A stretch of DNA of 64,000 bases from Laetmonice hystrix (taxonomy: Eukaryota): positions 58,838,001 through 58,902,000 of the forward strand of contig OZ249436.1 of NCBI GenBank assembly GCA_965235115.1, given 5' to 3'. The translations under genes were made by a program, and so were the position numbers. The notes beneath the pieces are model-generated. The model saw nothing but the letters and a program-made list of their open reading frames with translations, was not told the DNA's origin and did no database searches. How positions within the stretch are numbered: position 1 is the first letter of the stretch; each line of letters opens with the position of its first letter. Below, in pieces: positions 53,973 to 64,000 of the stretch.

Positions 53973-56900
53973 TCACGTTAAATCAATTACAGTCTTCATT
54001 ACACATTATCTATAAACTTAGCTTGTCCTGTATCTCGCCCTTCCCCTGCCTCTTATCTTACAAAAAGTAAATAAGCCGTAGATTTTGGAATTTGACGAAC
54101 TTCTTTGAAAACGTTAATTAAGAAGGCCAAGGGACTCAGCAAACACGTGCTCTAACGCCGGAACGAGTGACCTTCTGTGAACGGAAGAAAAGGCTACGTC
54201 CACGTCATTAACAAGGTGCATTCTTTCATCTTCGCTAAGCTCATTTTTCACAAGGTAACTATTTTAGCTGTAGAATGTTGCGAGCAAATCCTTGCATTCC
54301 TTTCCATTTCCTTTTCGGAAACCCATTTCATAAACCCAAAGCAGTAAAAATATCATGGCCAAAATGTCCTTCTGTAATGGTACTGTTGATTTCTGCACAC
54401 CTATTATGGCCAGAAGAAGCCACAGAATGCCTGGTTAGCGCAATGAATCAACCTCATAATACTTCAGTCCTTGTCGTCGTAGCTGTCTCTAATAGATTAC
54501 TTGTGCCTTTCAAATAAATGGTTCTTCGCTCACTTAATTCGATTTAATCGCTTTCTTATAAAAATAACTAGGCGACTTTCTCTGCACGCAGGATTATTTC
54601 AGACAGATCAAAATCAAAAAGTGTACAAAACAAGTACTACAATATACGACAAACCCAAACAAGCCTGGGGAGAGGCACATGGCCATGTCCCACGCACCCC
54701 CACCCCCATTGTGTGTTTGAGCTGGAATCATGTATGAAGAGAGCCTGATGATCTCATTATGCTCAAACTCCCGCCATGTGACCACCTAATCAGTTGATAG
54801 CACCTCCAGCTGACCAAACGACCGGAGACCTTCAACTCAAAATAATTGAGCGCTACATCTGTGTCTGACCACACTTGTAATGGGTCCGTCGGGGACGCAC
54901 CGCCCCTGCATTAGAGTCCCTAAATTAGCAGTGACCTTCCAGAAGCTTCGAACACCATTAAGCAAATTAGCCTTGATTTTGAGAGCTGACCTCTGACCTG
55001 TGTGTGGTGTCAGCCAATCAGGCCTGAACGAAAGGTGTGTGACCACCGTGTGACCTTTACGCTGAAGTGGGGTCTCAGAGGGATGTGACCTGAAAATCCA
55101 TCTCTCTGAACCTTCCTCCGGCGCACTTGTTGCGAGTTAGAGAGGACAATGTCCTATAGACCGTCCTCTAGATGCCTCATTGAGAGAGAAGATGTTCAAT
55201 GGGTCCCTGCATGGAGTGGTCGACCTGATCCCTGACAGGGCCGTGTAATTGAGGCCAGATGAAATGCAAACAACGGGAGCTGTGCAAATCAAGCCATGCC
55301 TCTTGTGGCATGCTCTCGACACGTGTGACAGTCGGCTGTGACAGTCCGGCACCAGTCGGCCGACTCTCCTATACAGGGCGCGAAATTCAAGTACACCCCG
55401 GCCTTTGGCCCCTGCTGGCTGCAGGAAACCTACCACAGGTCCAATATCCAAACCTACCACAGGTCCAACATCACGGCCACGGCTGGACATTTGGTTCTGG
55501 CATCACGAATGTCGACGGCTCTGGACGCCAGGTACAACAGCGAGTCGCGAATGTTTACAAATAATGTAAATAGAATTAGTATAATATTGTCTGCATACTT
55601 TCAGAGATGAGATCACCGTTATGTGACTAGTATAATCAGCGGCCGGAGGAGTTACACTCCCGTCGTTTGGTAACAAGGACAGTGACCACTGTTCCTCAGT
55701 CATAATAACACTGTCTCAGTTCTAACTTATCTAGTCCTATACAGTTAAGACATACACATCCTGCCATTCAAGTTCTATAACAGGGTTGGATCCACTCGTC
55801 TATAGTGCAATGGAACAAGGCTGCCGGGCCACATGGCTTTCATTATTATTCGGCAGTAGTAGCCGCAGTATACAGATGCCAGAACCAGTCATCGTGGTTC
55901 AAATCAGTGCCTCGGCCACTCAGACTCTCCGAAGACCTCCCACCTGCTTCATTGCACATAAAAACAATGAAAATGGCTTGCCGTCTTCTTTTACTTCAAA
56001 CTCACCTCAAGTGATTACAGCGGCCCGTTTGAACCAAAACATTTGGGAACGGAAACCTATTCCATGTAAATGTGACTAGAATTTCAAAGGTCAGCAACTG
56101 TTCCAAGACGGAGGGTAGATTATATTAGTGAGGTCCACTTTGTTCTATTATGTCTGGCCTTTGGAAGTCAGGCAATCCATATTTTGAGTTACGCCTCCAC
56201 ATGTACTTGGTGGAGCATGCTTCCCCAGGGGAGAGGCCGGGGGACGTTTTATAGGAGCACAGTGCCCGAAAGGCACAATGCCTTTTCATCTCAAGTCAAG
56301 GATAACACATGCCTTGTACCAGATAAGCCACCGTCAGACCGTTCTTTAAAAAAATCATTAAATGAGATGTGGTAAAATATGTATATATGCTCATACTTGA
56401 ATTATTCAGTGCAAAAGAGGTTCCGTCTTCCTGGGGACTTGGGAGGAGCTAGTTCCATATGAAGTTTACCATGTCACGACATACAAGACGACAACCCGAC
56501 AAAGATCAGGGCCCCGGCATTGAAAGATTCATAGCTTGGTACTGAGACTTGGTCGCTAGAGGGCAGACCGGTGCGCCGATAACAAGTCACATACCGACAA
56601 GCCATTATTCAGACACCTTTGTGGCAACCACCTGTGTCATAGACGAATACACTGGCACTGTATTCACTTTCTTGCCACATTTATAATGTGCTGTCGAGAT
56701 TTGGGGGTGTTACCATCATGACAATTTATTGCTGACAACGTCAGACATGGAGTAACAATGAAACTACTAGTATGGTTCCTGGTGGTACCGTTTAATTAAC
56801 CTTTAAAATTTTAAGTCCACAATGTTGATAATACCCCCAAAAATTGCCACGGTACAAGTTGTATAAAGAGGGTCTCGTCATACTCCGCGTCTGATACCCG

Positions 56901-57312
56901 ATCCCAGCATGCCTAACACTAGCACAAATAATAGAGTGGCAATAATGGATCGCCTATCAGTCGGTAAAAGCTCAGTGATTTGGTCGAGTGCAGGAGTTTT
57001 GATTCAACCCTTGCAGCACTATCTGTCATTATAATCAGGAAGTCAGATTATTGTACACATAGTTCATAACTCCAGTATATGTCGCTCTTTGACATATTTG
57101 TTTACTTGTATCGGTTATGAAAACCGATGCCAGTGAGTTCTTTTACAAAGACAGCCAGCTTCTGGGTGAAGATGGAATGCACCACTGCCAGCAGCAATTC
57201 TGTCAGTAATCTCAACTCCAATGCAAAAACTTAATCTAGATTTAAATTAGTACTATTGGTTCGCCTCGGGTAAGACGGTAGTATTTCACAGACCGAACGA
57301 TAGCATCTCCGT

Positions 57313-57744
57313 CGGTAGATGGCATTCTAATCTACCGGTATAAACAATGTGAACTGTGGTACAGGGTTCTCTTAATATCGCACAATGTGCTGCAGAATGG
57401 AAGGAAGGCGACTGGCGCTTAGGGAGATCACTCCTTCAGTAATCTCCCTTTCTGCTGTAAACGGTACGGATCTTTTCTCACCGTACCGGTACATGTGGTA
57501 AAAAAAACCAAATACATTCCGTGCATTCTCTGCTGCTTTAAAATATTCATGTGTCGCTAAGTCTTTCCACGTATCTGACGGTGAGGGTGTTGCAGAATTA
57601 GGTTAGGAGCACAAGGCACGCCATGCCACGCCACGCCACAAAATATGCTACACCATGCGACTTTCAAAAAGCCATGGTTTTTTTATATAGCCAAACACGC
57701 TGGAAAGCTAAGTAACTACTCAACAGTCGCATGGACTGGCGTGC
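57313..57744. other. Cluster of short perfect inverted repeats (structured element of unknown type)
   Basis: CGGTAGAT/ATCTACCG (57313-57337), AGGGAGAT/ATCTCCCT (57421-57449), CGGTACGG/CCGTACCG (57462-57488), and nested GCACGCCA..CCATGCGACT / AGTCGCATGG..TGGCGTGC (57616-57744). Confidence 0.6.
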
Positions 57745-60378
57745 TAGCTTATGTGGAAGGCCTCTTCCTCCGCCCGTGACCGTCTCTGAAAGCCATGCTA
57801 ACTTTTTCGATTCCTCACACTCATGCTGAACTCGTACTAAAAGAAAGATCGTCTCTTCTAGACGCTTCTAGTTTCCATTTTGTTATCAGAAAAGAAAATA
57901 TTTATGATAAATTGACAATGGCGTGCATACATTATTTGGAAGGAAATCACTTACAATCTATGAGTCTGATTTCCTATGGAGTGCCTAAGAGATTTTCACA
58001 TATTTTAAGAAATATGATGAAAACCCGTGTACATGTCTTGGAGACACTTTGTAATTTATATGCGATGTCCCGCAATTCTCACTCTGACAATTACGTCACT
58101 GCCAGTGTCATCCACGGCGACTATGACGATGAAATAAAATACTGTGAAGTATCTTTGTTACATGATCATTAAAGTCTGCATTCTCCTATGAATATTCATT
58201 AGAGTAATTTACATGAGTGGCAAGGTTTTGGGATGGGAGATTCTTTCTGGATAATCACCAGAAAACTACACCCGGATTTGTGGTCATCCTCTTAGACTTG
58301 GCACTTAAGTTGGTCATGATAATCGCTGCTGTCAAGTCGAAATTTGCAAATCATACCATTATTTACATATTAATCAATTTTCAAAATCTGCAGTGAAAAG
58401 TCTATTTTTATCCTCAATTACTTGAAAGAATCCTTCGCTGAAGGCTGGAATGACTGCATCAGGGTAATTGTTGTAAATGAAGTAATAACTTTACACAGAG
58501 AAAGGAATTGATTTGGGTAACATGAATCCTGTTGAGGGTTCCCAATGGCAATCGTTGTCATTGTAATCACCAGATAATCAGTTGATTCCATGACCAACCA
58601 TTAATCATTACTCGCGGCTGGCATAAACAATTGATACGCTTCGTCCAAACTTCTCAATTAAAAGCGTCCATTTCGGACTTTTTAATCTCCAAATAAAGGC
58701 TCGCCACATCAGGAAAATGTGCCCCGTGTATGGGACCGGGCACTGCATGGGTCCTTGGCTTGCCAAATGGAGATGTAACTTGTCAGAAATCAGAATGACG
58801 CTCAATGACTCCTAGTGCAATGAGGTGCAAATGGCCTTCCCCGCTGGGTAAACAGAGAAAAGTAATTCCTCATCACAGCCGCTAAGCCTGTAGCCTGGCG
58901 GACTCCTAGGGACTGACTTGAGCCATTATCACAGCGCGGCCGCAGTGGATGTCATCGACAAGGTGTTATTTTATCATACTTCAACCGAGTATAATGAACT
59001 GCATCCCCCGCCGTGGTCATGTTGATTTTCTGTCGGATGGTTGTTTAGTGGTGGCGACATCACACACACTAATCATCTCATCCTAGCTCGGGGGGAGGAC
59101 TGCCCACTGATTGTGCTACTGCATGACAACACAACTTCAGACGTGACAAAACGCTAGCCACATTAGCTATGGCAGATGCACAGCCATGAGGCATGGGTCC
59201 CAGAGTCAACCCAGGCAAAACCATCAACTGTTGTAATTTTCCATCTCTCAATTTCTTTGTTCTTACCCCCCTGGGGGGTCGCCTGTCTTTTGAAAGTGTG
59301 AATTTTCAAAGAAATTAGTATATGTCAGAATTGAACAGAAAACGTCAATGTTTTCTCTAGGCTATAGCTGTCGAATTGAGAATCACCCTCAAGGTATGAG
59401 GCATACATACGAATATTATTTAGTTAGAACTCCTTGCTCTCACTTTCTACACTCTTCCAGAATCCATACGCCAATTGATATACAAACAAGAAAAAATCTA
59501 TTCAAATTGCTTCTGCCTTCATGCAGCGCTGCCCTGGATTAATTTCGTGCGTTAATCTACTTTTTATGAATACTATGAAATAAATAAATAAATTTAACCT
59601 TTAGCGTTAGCGAAAATAAATGCTCACTGGTACAAATCTCGGCTGTAATAACCCTGCCACACCCGAGCCACAAGCATAAAACTACAAAATATGATGCACT
59701 GCAAATACACACTCATTGTGCAGATATAAGTACATGTACATTGATTGTTCATGTCTTCACGTTCTGACGCCATTGCTGGGTTCACTTCAGGGGTCTAGGC
59801 CGGCGATACCCCTATTTAAGTGCACCTTATCTGCATGCACTACTAAAGATGCCCACCAGTCCCCCCCCCCCGCATCCAAAACGTAAGAAACGCCAGAAAT
59901 GTAATCTGGATCAATACTGCTGCAGTTACCTCAGTGTTTCACACCTGAGTGAGGAGATATCATAATGTCTGCATGTAAACACGCACTGTCACTGTCTCCA
60001 GGAAACTGACACTGTCTCTATATGTAAACCATGATTGAGTCTAACAGATCGCGTCCGTCCATTACCATTGTTAAACAGTCCACTTTTCCCAATTGTCTAA
60101 TTCATTTTTCGGGTCATATAATGCTTTCTCAGTTTCCCGGTATGTCTTAAAGTGATATTTCGGAAAGAAAACGCCTGATTTCCAGGCGATTAACAATATA
60201 CTGCAAGTGACTCTATTATGATCAGATACAGAAATTCAAAGAAATGATAAAATATTGCATAAACGCGTCCACTTGACCTAAAAAAAGCTATACATGCATA
60301 TATACTGAGCTCGAAGAAATCTTCAGAGTTCAAGCCAAGTGTAGATGAACTTAAGTAACAAAAACTGTAAAAACTCAC

Positions 60379-60583
60379 CTTTTACATGAAGCATGACCAC
60401 TTTTGACTTGACTGGGATTGTGTTGACCGTGCATCTGTACTGGCCTTGGTCTTCCCACGTCACATCCCGAATCTGGAGGTTCCATTCTTTTATAAAAGGC
60501 CTCACTATACTGAAGCGATGATCGTCGACGACTCGGCGATCTTCATAGCTCAGCGGTATATAATGGTGATCAACCCACGATAC
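60379..60583 (-). CDS. Internal coding exon: C-terminal half of an Ig (V/I-set) domain of a lachesin/IgLON-like neural cell adhesion protein
   Basis: Acceptor gtgtgttttacag and donor gtgagt flank 205 bp (phase 0 to phase 1) encoding VSWVDHHYIPLSYEDRRVVDDHRFSIVRPFIKEWNLQIRDVTWEDQGQYRCTVNTIPVKSKVVMLHVK. It contains the Ig C-strand Trp, the WNLxIxxV..DxGxYxC motif and the NTxP motif typical of lachesin/IgLON/DPR-DIP first domains. Orthology not established. Confidence 0.92.
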
Positions 60584-61840
60584 CTGTAAAACACACCAAC
60601 GGATCGACAGTCAAACACACACCCATCCAACAGCTTTTGTAAAATCACTACAGTCTCTCTTCTTCTTCACCTGTTGGCGGGTAATTTGTCAAGGGATTGA
60701 CCTGCACGCCTGATTTGAGACAGATCGGGTTGTTAAACGTTCATTGTTATAAGAAGAGGTAATTCACAACGCTATGCGGTGTTGAGGCATTGCTACGCCG
60801 TGCTGGCCTTGCCATCTTCTCCTCCTCCACGAGTACGACGCCTCCTCGGAGGTAAAACCTGCTGATTTATCTGGTGACTAATGATGATTAGAAACCCTTC
60901 TCTGGGTCTATTGTCACTGCTACCTAAAAATATTGCTCATTAGGGCTTCACTCTTTTTCCGTTGTTTTTAAATCAGGCTGCTTCATTAGATCTTGCACCT
61001 GATTATTTCACCCCTCTGAGCCAAACAACCAATATGCACAGGAACATGGCGCGGCCGCATCCTGCATGGCTTTCTTCATATTGTGGGATAAATCGTCTGT
61101 AAGATTAGTCGGCTTTATTAGCACAATTATGACCAGACTCTCAACATTTGGATAGAAGTGTCCCCAATCATCAGTTTCCATGACAACATGAGCAGTTTAT
61201 GAAGGCATGTCATGAGACCTTATCTTTCGTTGTTTTCTTTTTCTTTTCTACAGAGAGAAGTTGATGAAAAACAGACTTTATTTCAAATGATGATAGACAG
61301 AAAAACGATGCAATTCGAATCACGCCCTAGTGCCTTGATGTTGTGGGGTGGCCTACTTACCGGGACCTGATCTGATCACTCTATGGCTGTATTGCATGAC
61401 TGGAGTCTGAAATACAAGCCACCTGGTTTTCACTTCACAAACCTTCAATCATAACATACATGAATCTCCTTTTAGACGTAGGCAGTCTCTGTATCCCCCT
61501 CAAAATGTAACGCTACCATTAGTGCATGTAATTTTTGTACAGGGACCCTGCCAAATACCCAGCAGCTGTATCTCACCTAATAGGGGCGCTGCAAATCATA
61601 TTATTACATTATTTTATCATTATCTCAGTCGCCTAAACAAACATGACGTGTATCAATACCAATCTATGAATAACTTACGACGTGCCAGCCGGGTAGATGG
61701 CACAATCAAACCCATTTCGGTTCTGCTGAACAGAGAGGTGATGAATAGTAGGGTTCATTGGCCAAGACAGCTTTTCCCAAAGGCTTACAAATCTCAACAG
61801 AGGTCTACATGTAGACGTAGCATGTCGGCTGACAGTGTTT

Positions 61841-63135
61841 TCAGTCCTGAAAGTCCTGCTCATTATGGGCTGTGTTTGGGCTCAGGTCTTGTGGATCTCG
61901 GCTGACGGGGGCCGCCAGCAATGGCTCCATAACTGACACAGCCGTCATAGACGTGCCATCCGTCAGTGTGCCCACCAATGTGCTCTGATTGCTGACACGG
62001 AAAGCCACTCGGAACCCAAGCAGTCTAAGGGCCGTGGCTAACCGCGGGAGGCATCCCTTGACGTAGATGGCACCGGTGGTGAGGTTTGTGGTGGTCATGA
62101 CGGCTGTGGAACACGTTTCTGGCGGCTTTGACGGGTGATTCTGGGGGTCCTTGACGGGTGTGATGGTTCTGGGGTCCTTGACGGGTGTGATGGTTCTGGG
62201 GTCCTTGACGGGTGTGATGGTTCTGGGGTCCTTGACGGGTGTGATGATTCTGGGGTCTATAACTGCTGGGGTAGTTCTGTGGTCCTTGACGGATGAGTCG
62301 GTGCTGGGGTCTATAACTGCTGGGGTGGTTCTGTGGTCCTTGACGGATGAGTCGGTGCTGGGGTCTATAACTGCTGGGGTAGTTCTGTGGTCCTTGACGG
62401 ATGAGTCGGTGCTGGGGTCTATAACTGCTGGGGTAGTTCTGTGGTCCTTGACGGATGAGTCGGTGCTGGGGTCTATAACTGCTGGGGTAGTTCTGTGGTC
62501 CTTGACGGATGAGTCGGTGCTGGGGTCTATAACTGCTGGGGTAGTTCTCTGGTCCTTGACGGATGAGTCGGTGCTGGGGTCTATAACTGCTGGGGTGGTT
62601 CTCTGGTCCTTGACGGATGAGTCGGTGCTGGGGTCTATAACTGCTGGGGTGGTTCTGTGGTCCTTGGCGGATGAGTCGGTGCTGGGATCTGCTGGGGTGG
62701 TTCTAGGATCCTCGACGGCTGTGGGAGTTTGGGTTGCCCTGATGGCCGTGGTGGTTTGGGTCGCCCTTACGGCCGCAGTGGTTTGGGTCGCCCTTGACGG
62801 CTGCGATGGTTTGGGTCGCCCTGCCGGCCGAGGTTATTTGGGTCGCCCTGCCGGCCGAGGTTATTTGGGTCGCCCTGCCGGCCGTGGTTATTTGGGTCGC
62901 CCTGACGGCCGTGGTTATTTGGGTCGCCCTGACGGCCGTGGTTATTTGGGTCGCCCTGCCGGCCGTGGTTATTTGGGTCGCCCTGACGGCTGTAGTTATT
63001 TCGGTCGCCCTGCCGGCCGTGGTTATTTGGGTCGCCCTGACGGCCGTGGTTATTTGGGTCGCCCTGACGGCTGTGGTTATTTGGGTCGCCCTGACGGCTG
63101 TAGTTATTTGGGTCACTATGACGGCCTTTGATGCC
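61841..63135 (-). CDS. Candidate mucin-like (Thr/Pro/Ser-rich) exon with one apparent +1 frameshift at about 62795
   Basis: One frame is open from 63146 to a stop at 61841 if one base at 62794-62796 is removed: (RATQITTAV)n, (DPSTDSSVKDHRTTPAVI)n, (DPRTITPVK)n, then a unique tail. A possible acceptor ttttgacaaaccttcag ends at 63136. Coding status is not demonstrated. Confidence 0.35.
62130..63120. repeat. Compound tandem array: 27-bp unit A (4 copies plus 1 degenerate), 54-bp unit B (8 copies), 27-bp unit C (15 copies, one of 28 bp)
   Basis: A starts at 62153, 62180, 62207, 62234; B at 62292, 62346 ... 62670; C at 62728, 62755, 62782, 62810, 62837 ... 63107. Confidence 0.97.
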
Positions 63136-63451
63136 CTGAAGGTTTGTCAAAACATTGCCTCAGGATTTCTACAGCCGTATAGGTACCGACAGAACACAAC
63201 ATATCTCACATAAACCACTAGGAATTTGGACATGGGTAGGTCCTCATATTTACCTGTCATATATGTATTGATCTGCCCAACAACGAGGCAAATCTCACAT
63301 GTTACACCTGCCTACTCAATGTATTGGGAAATGTTCTGTCAGCACCTTTACTGTCTCTCAGGTAAACAGATATCATAGGTTTCTCAATACAAATTTCATA
63401 ACGGGTCGTGGCGGTATAAATAACAATTCGTGAAGAGGAATACGAACTCAC

Positions 63452-63487
63452 TTCAGGTTCCAAGGCAAACATTGCATAATGATAAGC
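63452..63487 (-). CDS. Candidate 36-nt frame-preserving microexon
   Basis: Flanked by ttttctttcaacatgcag and gtgagt. Open in phase 0 (AYHYAMFALEPE) and phase 2 (LIIMQCLPWNL), closed in phase 1. Confidence 0.2.
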
Positions 63488-64000
63488 CTGCATGTTGAAA
63501 GAAAAATATTACTAATTATGTGGTGGAATTGTTTTTCAAAGTCTAGTTTCAGCCGTTCGTTGGTTATTATGTAATTAGCTTTGCTTTTTGATCCTTCACA
63601 TTCCAGAAGTGTTGAATTCAGTCGGAACTAGTGTATTTTTCAAATATAATTTAGGGCTGAAAGATTTGTGATTATTTCATGTTCCATATCAGTTAATTCT
63701 TTGTAATATATTTCAATATAACAAACTCCGTTCTGTACCGAAGGTGCTGGTGTTTTTACAGAAGAGGCAGTAGATCTGGATGCGGTGAGATAAGGATGGA
63801 CCGTGCCAGGTATACCCGCCACCTGTATACAGCAATGGCCGCCCAGATCCCCGGATGTGTCACCTGAGACCTGGCAGACCGCTGCTGCATCCCCTCACAA
63901 GGGGGCGCTGCCTAATCCCTGGACATGACGCTCGCCAGCTTTCCCATCGCTGTTACATGACAAACTGCTTACTTTGCTGTTCGTATTAACGGCTAGGCTC

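Noticed and set aside
57795-58172. 125-aa ORF with no repeats
   Set aside because: No recognisable motif, AT-rich composition, and a length reachable by chance in six frames of 64 kb.

Overview
This is eukaryotic (animal) genomic DNA, most likely from a spiralian invertebrate such as a mollusc; that assignment rests only on the style of one Ig exon. It is not prokaryotic: I see no operons, rRNA, tRNA or CRISPR array. The one confidently supported host coding feature is a 205-bp minus-strand exon (60379-60583) with canonical splice sites, encoding the second half of a lachesin/IgLON-type Ig domain. I found no other exon of that gene by eye, so most of the window may be intronic. The rest is mainly heavily decayed non-LTR retrotransposon (LINE) remnants on both strands, recognised only from degenerate motifs, so their boundaries are approximate. 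There are also several young, homogeneous tandem arrays (74, 28, 65/103, 36+(CT)n, 48/49 and 52 bp), one clean Tc1/mariner-type MITE, and a 146-N assembly gap. The most interesting region is a compound 27/54/27-bp array at about 62130-63120. It reads as a 434-aa Thr/Pro/Ser-rich mucin-like ORF on the minus strand if one extra base is removed, and it is also open on the plus strand. Two unexplained fold-back structures (1325-1425 and 57313-57744) also stand out. I cannot claim a demonstrably novel system from sequence alone; the findings are candidates to test. Most ORFs in the supplied track are chance, antisense or repeat-derived.
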